Positions 37,201 to 50,499 are shown, counted from the stretch's first letter. The stretch is 64,000 nucleotides of DNA from Anthoceros angustus (GCA_010909165.1 VJWM01000283.1:1-64000), one strand, 5' to 3'. The notes: generated by a model not told the origin, from the letters alone. Numbers and translations: made by a program.

Positions 37201-38590
37201 TTGGACTCTAACTCTTCTACCTAAGGACAAAAAATTGGTAGGAAGTAAGTGGACATTTAAAATTAAATTAAATGCTGAAGGTAGTATAGAAAGATATAAA
37301 GCTAGACTGATAGCTAAGGGATATTCACAAAAATATGGTTTTGACTACGACGAAACCTTTAGTCCTGTTCTGAAAATAACTTCACTTAGAATCCTCTTAG
37401 CTTTGGCATCTCATCACAACTATGAACTAATGCAACTTGATATTAAGACGGCTTTTCTATATGGCGACCTTGATCACATTATTTATATGGAGATTAGGAA
37501 GGATACATGTTCGTGGATAAGAGAAAGCATAATGCTTGCTTGAAATCCTTATACGGACTTAAGCAAAGCGCCATGAAATGGTATCACAAGTTAGATGTCA
37601 CCTTAAGGAGCTAGAGTTCACTAAGCTAAACTCGGATAGCAACATTTATATCAAGAGACTAGGTAATGAATTCATTGTCTTAGGAGTATACGTAGATGAC
37701 ATAGTTCTTATGTCTAATACTAAGGCTATTTTAGAAAATAGATCTATGCTAGCTAAGCGTTTCTCTATGACAACTTGTAGAGAACTTTCTTTCTGCTTAG
37801 GCATCTGAGATAGAAACGCTAGAAGCATCCTTATTCATCCAAATACATCCAAGAGATTCTAACCAAGTTTAAGATGTTAGACGCTAAACCCATCTCTACA
37901 CCCATGGAAATGAATCTTAAGCTTAGCAGGGAAGCAGACCAACAGGATGATACCTCCAATACTACTCCTCCTCCTTATTCCTCAGCGGTCGGGAGTCTTA
38001 TGTATCTTATGGTTTGCACCAGACCAGATCTATCCTATCAGCCCACTCAAGCTCATTGGAAGGCGGTTAAGAGGATACTCAGATACTTAAGAGCAACCCC
38101 GGACCTAGGGCTGCTCTACTAATCACATATCAAACAAGGAGAGCCTTTACAACTAGAAGGCTTTAGCGACGCCGACGGGCCGGCAACGTCGATAGGAAGA
38201 GCACAAGCACAGCTATGTATACCTACTGAGGCACGGAACAAGCTGGAGCAGCAAGAGGCAACAGTGGTCGCACTCACTCAACAAAGGTGAGTATTGCTCT
38301 TTAACACATGCTTGTAAAGATGGACTTTGGCAACTTCTACAACTTTCGGAGTTAGGCGAAATGCAAAGGATCCCAGGCCTCTCTATTGCGATAACCAGTG
38401 CTATTGCACTCACGTATAATCCAAAGTTCCACGCGACGAAGCACATAGAGGTGCAATTTCACTTCATAAGGCAAGTAGTTGATGAAGGCAAGTTTATAGT
38501 TGTTTATTGCCCGAGCGGATGACGGCGGGCGTGCTACGAAAGCACTCACTCGATCAAGCATCAAGAACACGTGAAGAATATGGGACTAAG
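34293..38590 (+). pseudogene. Copia B gag-pol, copy 2
   Basis: LVHSDLCGP; SKWTFKIK..YKARLIAKGYSQKYGFDYDETFSPV; QLDIKTAFLYG; GVYVDDIVL; TRPDLSY. Confidence 0.92.
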
Positions 38591-38875
38591 AAGAGTCTCG
38601 GTTACACACAAAGCTTAGCAAAGTTTGCACATATATATATATATATATAGCCTAAGGACTACATGCTAAGTGGGAGTGTTAAAATGACAGCATTAGCCCT
38701 TAGGGCACGCTTCATTATTTAAGTCATTAGAGCTCAAGCGCCACCTTGAATGGTCACCATTCAAAGCAGTTCACAACAACCGCTTGGGCAATGGCCAAGC
38801 CTACATTCTGAACATTCTCTGTACTCTTATGCAATCTAATGTAAGATCCTGAACGCATCAGTTCTTCACAAAAAA

Positions 38876-39700
38876 ACCCTGACAAGGTGTTGAAACTACT
38901 TAAGACCCTGTATGGTCTCAAACAATCATCCAGAGCTTGGAACGAAGTGTTTCACCAAGTGCTAATTGAGCTAGGCTTTGTGTGTCTGGATGCTGATTCC
39001 AGTGTTTACATCTTGTGTGAGGGCCAAGACTTTATAATCCTGTCTGTCTATGTCAATGATAATTTCCTTTTCAATACCTCAATGACCTTGATGGACAAGA
39101 TCAATAGAGTTCTGCTTACCAGATTTGAAATGAGTGATTTGGGTGAGCTTCCTTTTTCCTTGGGTGTCCAGTTTCACTTCAATCATAGTGACCACACAAT
39201 TGACATCCATCAAGAGCACTATGTGCAGCAACTTCTGCGACGTTTCCAGATGGAGGATGCCAAGCCTGTGGCCACTCCCATGGTGGTTGGGGAGAAGCTT
39301 TCCAAGGAGAACTCACCTACTACTTTGCCTGAGAAGGAAGAGATGGATAGGAAGCCATATAGGCAGGCAGTGGGCTGTCTGCTATATTTAGCTGGATGGA
39401 CAAGGTTAGATATCGGCAGGGCTGTCAACAATGTTAGCCAGTTCCTAGAGAATCCAAGTTTAGAACATTGGACTGCTCTAAAAAGGATTTTTCATTACCT
39501 TAAGGGGACACCTAGGAGAGGTCTCAGGTACTCTAGACAGCATGGTGGTTTAGAACTTTCTGCATACTGTGATGCAGACTGGGCTAGGGACCCAGACACT
39601 AGGAGGAGTGTACCTGCATACTGCTGTTTCCTAGGTCACTCAGTTGTTTCCTGGCCTAGTAAAAAGCTGCCCACCATATGTTTATCAAGCATGGCTCCTC
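38876..39700 (+). pseudogene. Copia C RT 3' part and start of RNase H (truncated)
   Basis: Continues 27660-28235: PDKVLKLLKTLYGLKQSSRAW; SVYVND (YVDD altered); YRQAVGCLLYL; AYCDADWARD; VVSWPSKKLPTICLSS. Confidence 0.93.
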
Positions 39701-41297
39701 CATCGTTTATCAAGCATGGCTCCGTTATCTCCTTTCACTTCGCACAATACCCCAAAATAAACAACCATTCCTTAGGCAAAAATGTCCGGAAACTCGAGTT
39801 GTCCGTTAAAGATTTTATTCACGTCCCGCCTCAGCCCTTGCGATGACTTGGCTCGGAATTCGGGGAGTTTCGAACGATTCGTAACGGACCAACGGCCACG
39901 GTTCTTGTCTCTTTCGGGTTGGTGTTCCTGGAGCGGCAGTTTTCAGTAGTGGGGAGGGACAGGCTGCAATTACTCCCATCAACCTTGGTGTCCATGGTGG
40001 TGAGGACGTTTCGGTTGTCGAACGTTGCTGCACTGTCGGCCACAACCACAGGGCGTTTTTCAATATAGGGGTACTAATACAGGAACTTAACATCTCGGTT
40101 CTTTACCTTCATTTCCTATACTATCAGGAAAACATGCAGGATTGTCAATCTCGTGAGGGAAGCGCAAGGACAGATCGGCAGCAGCTGATAGACCTCGAGC
40201 ACCAGCTGTCTGAAGCGAGAGAACGGGTAACACTTCATTTCCCCTTCTCCTGCCTTTTGGTTCTTGAAGCGGTCTTTGCCGCTTGCTCCCTGTGAGGACT
40301 ATCATCTCACGTAACGTATCAATTTCTTTCAATTTTTAGTTCGCAGATTTGAGAGAAAGGTCCAATCTCTGGGACTATCCCAAGGTTCGTGTGCTACATG
40401 AGTTTCTGTTTTCTAGGTCAAAAGCTCGCTGTAACCGGGGGTTCCTTCAGGTACGTGGATGTAAATTCTGCGCTGGCTCGTCTCTCCAAAGAAATGCGGA
40501 AGTTACTATGACGTCGTGAGTGCCACATCGAAATTGTCTAACGCGTCAATGTGATGTAATCAATCAGACACATTTTCCACAATGACCAGCCGCTGGATTA
40601 TGCAGGTTGGGAAGGGGAGTGGCATTCGATACGCTGTTTGATCTATCGCACAAATACCATGTCACCAGTCAGGATCAGGGAACAGAGCCGGTGTGTATCG
40701 TTATTTTCAGCTGTCTTCCCGGGATTCACTGAGACCTGGGTCAACGTATTCGTTGTCGCTATTCATTAGCTCTAATTCCCTTGTTTGCTTCCTAGACTAA
40801 CCTTGAAGATTCGGGGGAAGAAGATAAGAGGCTTTATGATCATGCAGGGGGCAATGCGGATGGTCTGTTGCTGGCAGTGGACAAGTTTCTGTCTTCAGAG
40901 GAACGTTCCCAGCTTCCATCATTAACGAGCATGCTACCGGACTTCTCAAGTGGCAGGGACGCAACCATCCGGAGTAAGAAGTAGCCGCGTGCGGTATTGA
41001 AATGAAGCACAGACCAATCCAAGCGTTCCATTCACAGCAGCTTTTAGAACAAAAAGATGGAATGGACTCGGTCACAATTCACGAACCTGCTTGGTGCAAG
41101 ACTTTGCTTCTAACCCTACTCGACTGATAACGAAACAAGGGAGGTTTCCAGTGGCTGGGTTATCTCTCCTGTCGTCACACCAGATTGGTGCTGGAAAGAA
41201 CGATCGCGTCAATTAGATGTCATTTACAATATGAAGTAGTTTTTAGGCAGGAAATAAAAAATAACTCGGTTCAAATCGCTGTTAAGAAAAGAAAAAA

Positions 41298-41700
41298 CAC
41301 TTCGGCTCGTGGGAGTTTGAGTATGGTGTACAAGACCGGCCACGATGACCGGTGCTATTCTCTTCTTTCTTCGTATCCAGTCTGCCCCAAAGTTTAACAA
41401 AATGCGAACTAAATGCTGCGCCAAAGTTTAACAAAATGCTGGCCATCGTCTGCCCTGAAGTTTATCGAAATACTAACAAATCACTTCGGCTCGTGGGAGA
41501 TTGAGTACGGTGTACGAGACCGGCCATGATGACGGGTGCTATTCTCTTCTTTCTTCGTATCCAGTTACTTCAAAGTTTAACAAATTCACGAACAAAATCT
41601 TTGAGCCAAAGTTTAACAAAATGTTGCTATAATGCTAAGTTTATCGAAATACTAACAAAATGCTGGCCATCGTCTGCTCCAAACTTTAACAAAATGTTGG
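41298..41700. repeat. ~184 bp direct repeat with internal CAAAGTTTAACAAA subrepeats
   Basis: CACTTCGGCTCGTGGGAG...GGTGCTATTCTCTTCTTTCTTCGTATCCAGT starts at 41298 and 41482. Confidence 0.85.
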
Positions 41701-42097
41701 CTGCGATGGTCGCTTTATTCCATGACTCTGTGGTGTACCACATTGGAGTTAGCAAATAGATCCTTCAGGATTAGGGCACGCTTCAAATAGAGGCTGGCGG
41801 CGATGGAGGAATCTCCAATCCTAAGCAAGGCGACATGCCTAGGCGCCCTTCGCCCTTATGGCCAAGCGCGTAGGGCGCCCCAACACCAGACTGGCCAACC
41901 GGACATAGCTCTTGCATTCTTCCAACCTATAAGAAATCAAAGATTCGGCAATCACAGTACGCTGCCACCACTGCCGCACGCACCAACCCGCTGTCGGCGG
42001 GAAGAAACAACAATCAACCACATGCATTCCAGTGCACATCACCATTCTGCGTTAGAGCAAACACCATAGAAGATTACCTTCGAGCTCAGCTTGACAG

Positions 42098-42327
42098 TGT
42101 TGGAGTATGCGTGTGTGTGTGCGCAGCCGAACTTAGAGCGTAAAGCATGCTTAAGTTATTAGGGCACGTTTCGTGCATAGGGCTTTATGAACAGTTATTA
42201 AGTTAAGGCAGTTTAGATTAATTAAATCGTAAATACAATTATACGGTTGTAACCATACTTAAGAGATGTATTTAAGGCATTTGCCTATATCAATAAATCA
42301 TTGTATTCTGCGTTTATAACTACCACA
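42098..42327 (+). repeat. Probable copia-type LTR of another family
   Basis: TGTTGG...CA, ~230 bp, AT-rich, carries the TTAGGGCACG motif found in copia A and B LTRs. Confidence 0.5.
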
Positions 42328-42333
42328 GGGTAT

Positions 42334-43114
42334 TGTGGTACTACTTTCGCTGACGGCCAGCCGGGCGCGCACGAGTCCCGTGTCGTTGCAATATGCGGTC
42401 CGCTCCCAAGGGAATGCCTTGTTCCGTTTATGCACATCCGTGGCCAACACACCCTCCACCGTTAAGGGACGATGTCTTACCTGAGGTCACCCACCCCGAC
42501 GCGTTCGTCTACCCAAGCGGCGGTTATTCTATCCTTCTCTACTTCGTCCTACTCGTTCACCGTACAGACCCGGGATGGCCAAATGTTTAAGGACTCGTTC
42601 GCGTCCGAAATCTACCAATATTCACTTACCCCCTTCCTCACTTCATTTATCCTGCCGTTCTTACTTATACCCACTATACCAGTTGAGGTTCACGATCGGA
42701 CATGTGCTGACCTCGCGGGCCCACGGTCCGTCTGCCTCGCATGCCATTCTCGGATCCGGCTAATCACGCCCGCTCCAATCCATCGGTCGTCGAACCTCTG
42801 TTCGGGAGGAGCAGAGGTCCGGGGTCCTCCGCGCCTAAACACACACCACCACGCGTTAGGGTCCGGACCAGATCGATCTCTCCGGAGTAGTCTTGCCCGC
42901 TCGCTGACTCGGGACTCGCGTTAGCAAGGGATACAAGGGCTGCAGAAAGAAGCGATATCAACCCCAAAAGAAAGATCCCTTTACTTGAGTGGCAATCGCC
43001 CTCTTATACTACGTCCTGAGGGAGCGCCTTTATTACACCCCTAATTCAAGCTAGTGTCCAGCTCACTATGCCTCAGCAAATGGCTCTCCTCCTCCCCTAT
43101 TTTCTCTACCTACA
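42334..43114. repeat. Possible gypsy-type LTR
   Basis: Ends TGTGGTA...TACCTACA resemble those of 44900-45762; similar length; no TSD. Confidence 0.35.
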
Positions 43115-44899
43115 TCTACGGTGGTGGGGCTGTGGTTGACCATGGTTCCTCCCTGGCGCTATGTGGACCACGGACTCTCCCTTTAGGTAGGAAATGGGTC
43201 AGGTTTTTGTTTTTTTTCGTAGGCATGGAGCAGGAAATAAGGCGGAAAGGAAGAAATAAGTCCAGGAATACTCCGCACTTGAGTAGGTGAAGGACTCGGA
43301 GCACACGGAGGAGCTGAGACTACATACAGTCCGGACACTCCAGTGCGGGAGTAAGTCCGGACCACACTCGGGAAATAGGGATAAATCGCCAAGAAAAGTA
43401 ACTTAGGAGTCGGGGCATGTTTTAGGCAGACGGTCCACGTGGGCTGCGAGAGGTGAGCAGGCATGCGGCAGACCCGGACCGTAAGGCTGCAGTGCGTTAT
43501 AGGCGGTATTCACGCCTCTGGAGTGCAATGGCAGGCGGCGTAAGACTAGGTAGCAGTGGCGTAAGGCGAATGCGGGCGTAAAGCGGGAGTAAGCCATACG
43601 GACCTCGGCGATTCACAGACCCGAAGAACCCTCCCTTGACGACTACTTCCGGCGTTCGGTGGAGGAAGGCCATTCTTTCTCACGACCTGCGGTTTTCACA
43701 ATCTCTTGCGCTCGACACCCAGCTCTACGCGTTGTCTTTTCAGTGTCTAGGCACTCTACGCGCCTCACCTTTGTGGTTGGGCGGCCAAGCCAGCGACGGA
43801 AGGCGGCGGAGTATCGTGGCACCGTTTCCAGCGGCCGGGCGAAGCCAGATGGGACCCAAGAAGGCGTGGAGGTATGGGAGCCGGCGCTTGTGGGGCGCAA
43901 CATCGTCCTGTGATACCCCAACCGGGCCACAGGCGGAAGCGGAGGAGCTCGTGGAGCAATGGCCAGACATCTTGATCTGCGGAGCGTTTGACGTCACGCT
44001 CGTCAGGAAATCGCGAAGATGCTGGCATTTGCTAATAAGGAGGTTCGCTCAAGAGCTTGAGGAGGATCGGGGAGATGGACCGTGGAGGTCTGAGGCGGTT
44101 TAACCGCCCGGTGGAAAAATTAGGGGCGTAGTTCGGAGCCCCTCAAGGTGAGGAAAGGTGGAAGCGGCGAAGGCGGCAATGCGGTAGGGGCATAGCGGTC
44201 GATCCAACGGTGATGTCGAACTGCTGGATAGGCGGGTGAGGCGTTAGCTAAGGTAATTGTCCATTGGAACATGCTCACCAAGGTGGATCACCTTGGTGAC
44301 AATCTTCTGGTGTTCCTGCATGCCCTACAGCGAGGAAAAAGGGTCGACTGGGGGCGTATCATCTTCGCCCGGATCAACTAGGAGGCCAGGAAGCTACGGA
44401 GTGAGAAGCCGCCTCTGTCAGCACTGTCACCCTCTCATCCATGTATGGGGACACCTCAACCTCCTGAAGGAGGGAGAAGAGGAGCGGGCGCTCGGGAAAG
44501 GGCTGGCGGCCCTACCAGAGGCGGAGCGGGAAGAAGCGAAGGCGCAAGAGGCGGAGGCCCGACCTCCTAGGCCAAAGCAGGCCGGAGGAGGCGATTGGGA
44601 AGGGATCCCCGGATTCCATTCGGGAGCGGACCCCCTCGCCCGGAGGTATGGAGGATATTCACGCCTCCTCCTTACACAGTTCGGAAGGAGGCCCCGCGAT
44701 GGGCGGAGCACCTACGGAAGGAGGCTGGTGACAGCCCCGACGCCCACCACCCGGCCAGCGAGCCACGCCCGGACGGAGAGTCGTCAAGAGGCGGAAGCGG
44801 CTCCGCCAATGAAGCGCCAAGGCGTACGGTTCCTCCCCCTACCTCACGAATTGGCGGGAGGCGGAGGAAGCCGTGAGAAGAGCGGAGGCGGGGCCTTGT

Positions 44900-45762
44900 T
44901 GTGGTAGGGAAAACCGGGGCACTCGAGGTCCTCCCACTAGCGGCCACACTTATATCCAATAAACCCGTCGTTGGGTTTCGTCCCATGAGACTCGTGTGAA
45001 AGTTCGAGGCCTTGTGATGACCGATCGCTACTGCGAGACACAACTCGGCCTTCTAAACAAGGCGCCCTCTACTCTCCCTCTTTGGCGGTGCACCACTTGA
45101 AAAACACCAATCCTCGACCTACAATGACACAACACAATTGCAGGTCACCTCTGAGGAGCCTATCACGGCGCCAGGGACCCCAGTCCACACAATTTCGTCC
45201 CTACTTCTAAGACCACTCTCTCTCACTCGGGGCGCTCTTTTACTTGCGGTTGGGATTCGTCCCTTAGGCTCTGTGGCCTTCCACTAACACCTACACCTCT
45301 AATCCTCTACTCATCTTCTCATCCTCTTCCTCCTATTCTAACCTCGGTTCGATTGGCTTGCCCCTTGGCTGGCAGGTCGGCCTCCACCAAGTTCTTCCTT
45401 GGGCGGTTGCTATGAGTTTGACACACGTGAGCACCTCCGAGTCTTTCCTGTGGATCTACCCTCAAGCCGAGTTCACAGGCATTGCCACACACCCAAAGCA
45501 AAGCAATTTCACGCAACCATTCACAAGGGAGCAACTCGTTTAGGCACTTGCGAGAGCAAGTCCTCCACCAAGCACTCGACCACCGCGACTTCCTCTCTAC
45601 CGTTGGCTGGCTCACAGGCAAAGGACTGGAGTATGGGCGCAAGACATGATACTTTACTTTGTGAAATCCTCCTCCTCTTATAGGAGGCCTTCCACATACA
45701 ACCTCCCTTGGGTGACCCTCTGCAGGTCACCTTTTCCAATATTCTATTATTTCCTACCGACA
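44900..45762 (+). repeat. Gypsy-type LTR (863 bp)
   Basis: Terminal inverted repeats TGTGGTAGGGAAA...TTTCCTACCGACA; purine-rich tract just upstream; inverted homolog at 1-770. Confidence 0.8.
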
Positions 45763-45799
45763 TTTAAGGCTGGCATCTAAGTCTCGATCCTAGGTAAAT

Positions 45800-48700
45800 T
45801 CTATTCTAGCAACTTCACCTATGGCCACTCTTTAATGTTGCCAACCTACACACCTATCCTTCCCATTCCCCAAAGCTCATTTATGGTCATTGACAATTCT
45901 AGTCCTTATCTTGCTTTGGGGTGGCGGGTTCCCTTGGTTGGTCTTCTCATCCCCTTTTGCTCTCTTCCCAGTCACCTCGTCTTCCTAACTTTGGGGCAAG
46001 TACCTTCTGCCCTTCACCCTTCATGGGCGCCCGATTCCTCTTGCCATCCGGGCAATCGCGCCCCTTCCACTCGAATGGCCCATCTTCTAGCCTCCCACGG
46101 CCGCGCTCCTTCAAAGGGCACCCTACCGGTGTCAGCGGACTGGGGTAGGTGACTACCTACCATGGTAGTCTCGGTCCCTATCTCCTTCCCTCTTCCTCAT
46201 CGGTGATGGTCCACAGGGTTGAGATCCTTTTGCTCCTTTCCTGTTGTTTGATTTGTCCATACCTATCATGGAGCATGTCTTCAAAGGTTCCTCCCCATTT
46301 CTTGATGTTGTCACCTCGCTAATTCCTCCGGGCCTTCTTTGCGTTGGTCTCCTCTCCTGGCTCCTCCCTTATCCGTGGGGTGAGGGAATTTCTTACCCTT
46401 CTCCTTCCACGGCCATACCGTCTTTGGTCTCCTCCGTGGCATTGCTCCCTCAACCACCTTATCATCTATCTTAGGGGCATGTTCTGGATCCCCCTTCCAT
46501 CCTCAATCGGGCCTTCGTGGCTGGCTCGGTCCTGCAGTACACCGCCCTACGTGATGCAGCGGACTACGGTGGTGGTGTCTCTGGTGGTAGGGTGACCCCT
46601 ACCTTGCTCCTGCGCCATCTCCTTCCTTTGGCGAGGACTCATCCTCCTCTCCTTCACTTGTGGAACAAGTGACCTCCTTGCTCCTGCACTTATGTTGGTA
46701 GGTTGAGCTCCTCTTTGTGATTTTTCATTCTCCTAGGGAGACAACCTCCTCCTTAACATCTCTGTGGGGCCAAAGTACTTGCCTCCCCTACCATCGCTCT
46801 CCCTCAATAGCACTTGCATCCATTGCCTCCTTGACGGACCTCGCGGTAGGTGCACTCGGTGGTGCCTCCCCACGTAGGCTGCCTCCCCTCGTGGTAGGTT
46901 GCCTTCTTCCCTCTTCCTTATGGCACTATGGGCTCCTCTCTCGCCATTTCTTCTCCAAACTCCTCGGAGTCCATATCGCTTGTGACCTCATCAAAATCTA
47001 AGGCCCCGGCTTAATGCATGAGGGCCTCCCTATCATCATCGTGTGGCCCAAGCATCCTCCTCTTCACAATTATTGTAGGCCTCCACACACATGCCATCGC
47101 CCAATATTTTTGGCAATGGGTTTACACTCCAAACTACCACCATGCGCTTCATGAGTTGGGGTTTCTTGGCCTTGAAACCCTTCACGGCATCCACAGCTTC
47201 CTCGAACCGGCCTCATCCTTGCACTTGGCTCTTAGCAATCCCATGAGGAGAACAAACACCAAGCTAAGCACCAAGAACACTAAGGACGTCCCCTCTTAGA
47301 AGAAATTCACTCTCAAAACCAAGCCAAGGCACACAAGACCCAAGAAATTGGTGCCACAAGAAAGAGAACACCAAGAGGAGATGGCGGCATCACTCCTAAG
47401 ATGGCACACACATAGGCCGAGGGCGCACACACAAGCTCTAGCTCACTCCCCCCCTGTACTTTTAGACCGTGCTCCAGTCTTCTCATGTGATAATTATAGC
47501 GATTGGGCTCCTAAATTGCAGCCATAGATTTGAGTGGTTGCTGCAAGCATGTGGCCATATCCCATCCATTATTCCGTACAGCCAGCCATAACCTCTAATT
47601 TCTATCGTAGCCATCAATCCCTACCATGAATCTAAGGCTCCTCCCCATCCATCTTGCACAAATTCAAGATTCTAGCCGGTTTGTACCAAGAAGGCTCTTA
47701 AGTCATCAATCCTTCAGCCCTTGTGCAAGAACAACAGTCCGTGCATCTCCTTGGCCCTAGGCGCTCCCATAGACACCATCCTGCCCAGAAAAACCCAAGG
47801 AAAAGCTCAATCCTCAGCCTCCAAAAGTGCAGAGCTTTGCAACTCCCTACTAAGAACTTTCCCAATCAGCTCCCCGTGTCTTTTGCAAATATAAGCTCAT
47901 ACTCCTCGCACAAAAGGCACCCCATCGATCCGCCCAGGACGCTTAACTCGAGTTCTTATATCCATATCCAACACCAAGTTCCCTTGTGCATCTTTGCCAC
48001 ATACATTTTGTTTCATTATTGAACTCCTCACCAAGCTCCATTCTCCACATTTCTCCTTAGCGAACTCCTTGACCAACTCTCGAATCAGCCTACCTTGCTG
48101 CCCAATTCTCCTCGGCCACCACAACGACCTCCCTTCACACCTACTTGCAGCCCAAGCTGAATTTTGCCTTCATGATGCACACCCCATTGCGATTCCTTCA
48201 CCATATTGCAGCCCATCGCAATACTACCTTCTGTGCCACCTCCATCTTCAGCCAGTATAAATTCAGCTTGCCATGAGAGCTCTACCATGGCCTCTCCTAG
48301 TTCAAATGCGGCCCTATCATGCCATCCTCACATCATTACTCCCTTTGCAAGTACTTCCACATGCTTCGGCACTGCCATGGCCTCCTCTTGCAAATGACTA
48401 GCATTCGGTGCACCATAACTCCAGCTCTCTTCTCTGTCTTCTTCATCCTTCGCCTTGTGGCCTTCACCCTGCTGCAACATGTGCTAGGCACTCTCCAATT
48501 CCCCTTCCTGCTGCCGTAGGCTGCCTACCTACCAACGTAGGCTGCCTACCTACCTAGTCTTTGGGTACCCAGGCTATAGTGGGTACCCCACTCACCCTTG
48601 TACGTGTTGTTCCTATCACGGTAGGGTGTGCACCTACCATGGTAGGCGTCTCTATACACCATTTGGCCCTATCCGGCTCTCTCTTGAGCTCCTCTCAGGG

Positions 48701-49210
48701 GCTCGCCCATGGAGTCCCGGGTCTATATGTGAATGGGAACGCGTGCTTAACCTCACCTCCATGTGCGTGTGGAAATAGGAGGGATCGGGGCCTACCTCAC
48801 GCAAGTGAGGACCGGCGCATACTTCTACCCTGGTGTGGGGGTTGGCTCCCTAATGCGGAGGCGACTTTGGAGGAGTTGAGCGAGGAGGAGGTCCAGCTTG
48901 GGTGGACGAGGCAGTAATCCTCGGCAATAGGCGGCGGAAGATGCAGCCCAGGCGGTACACCTCAAATTAGGACGTCCGGTGGCGGTGAGGTGGAAGTAGT
49001 GTGGGGAAAACCGTCCAGCCAGCGTGGCGGGAGCTCGTGGCGGCAGCAATGGAGGATGGGCGGGCCAAGTCGAGGAGGCCTTGAGAGCGGCGTGGGCGTG
49101 TGGTAGCAACCTAAAGATAATTTGGTTAGGATCTGCTGGACCTAGGATCGCTCCGGTGTGGGCGTCCTTCATGATAGCCATCTTAGGACCTAAAATCCGG
49201 GGCATGGCGC
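45800..49210 (-). pseudogene. Degenerate accessory ORFs of a gypsy element, function unknown
   Basis: Fragments resemble 1640-4050 and 43900-44320 (YFHLTATGRPN at ~48960-49000 vs RFHLSSP.GAPN at ~44130-44170). Confidence 0.4.
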
Positions 49211-50118
49211 CCGGCCATGTATAAGAGGGGCGAATTGTCCCTCACGGATAACTCTGGTTGAGATCCCCACGCACTGTGGCTGGTTGGAGACGTCCATTAA
49301 CGGAGGTGGTGTGCGAGGCGCTCCTAGGTGGTCGAGCTTGCTCCGGGAGGAGGAGGGTGATCAATCTTGGACAAAGGAGGAGGAAACCAAGGGATTGGCG
49401 CGGGCGGGTCTGAGCTTGCTCGTAACCGTGGCCTGGTTCTTCTCCTTCACCTTGTTCGTTGTGTTCAAATTGAGAGAAGTGTTGGTGGATGGTTGGATGC
49501 ACGAGGGCGAATCGAGAGAGAGAGAGAGGAGGAGGGTGAAGGAGAGACTAAACAGTCTGCGATGCGAGGTGTGAGAGGAGGGGAAAGGAAGAGAAGACTG
49601 AGAGGCATGGTGAGATTGTGTGTAAGAATCCAAGAGCGGTGGTCGTGCATGGGGGCAGTGGTTCCTGGAGGAAATAAGGTGTGGCGCCCTTGTGTGTGTG
49701 TGCAGGTGTGGATTTGTGGAAGGCCTAGGAATCCCGTGTGTGTGTGTGCATGGTGAGTGGGAGAATAACATCCGGACTGCGGGTGGAGCCCCGTAGATCA
49801 GCGGCCGTGTGGCCGTCAAATAAGTCGCTAGGGTTTGGTGTGGGACCCACCTCGGTGGTCGTGCAACTACCGTGAGTGGCCGGATCGCGGTGGAATAGAG
49901 AGAGGTCGGATAAGATCCGTGGTAGTTGGACAAGGCGGGAGGTAGTAGTTGAGTAGATGGTAGAAGGGTAGCAGTAAGTCTTGACTTAGGTGAAGGTCGG
50001 AGTGATAGAAGTTAGCGTCTCTTGGCACAAACCATTCCCTTGGGAGCGAATCCTAAGCCTACGACATTGAGGGTGAATGTGGACCTCACGGTGTCCGGAC
50101 ACGAATCACTCCACATTT

Positions 50119-50135
50119 TGGCGCCGTTGCGGGAA
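50119..50135 (+). promoter_or_regulatory. Primer binding site, tRNA-Asp type (Athila-like)
   Basis: TGGCGCCGTTGCGGGAA a few bases after a CA at 50114-50115. Confidence 0.8.
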
Positions 50136-50499
50136 TGGCATCAAGGACGTGGTAGAACTAACCATAGCTTAAGTAGAGTCTAGCATTACTAGATTGATAG
50201 ATGGATGCCTCGGGTGGAGACAAGCGATTACGGATCGGGGAAGCGCGAGGCGGCAGCAAGCGGCGGAAAGATTGCAGAGAGTTACGAGGAGGCGGAGATC
50301 ATTGGACAAGGAAGAGGCGGGGGAGTCGACTCGGAAGGGATCGGATCTTATCGATTGATTCCCAACTCTCGACTACGAGCGGTACAAGGGCCGGTACCCG
50401 ATCCCACCTTTTGATCTCTGCTCCATTGCCTAGATCGGTGCAGTCGGTCAAACTTCGTGAATGGAGGTCGATCAGGGCGTGGTGGCGTCAACTACATGA

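Larger units (their letters stand above)
28236..38870 (+). mobile_element. Tandem Ty1/copia element (copia B) with three LTRs
   Basis: LTRs 28236-28424, 33517-33706, 38677-38870; two near-identical internal regions; PBS TGGTATCGAG at 28425 and 33707; PPT AAGTGGGAG before LTR2 and LTR3; TSD AAAAA (28231-28235, 38871-38875). Confidence 0.95.

Noticed and set aside
1-45762. Giant inverted-repeat element bounded by 1-770 and 44900-45762
   Set aside because: Better explained as two independent LTR copies in opposite orientation; they are noticeably diverged.
42334-45762. Single element bounded by LTRs 42334-43114 and 44900-45762
   Set aside because: Only the termini resemble each other; no PBS or TSD.
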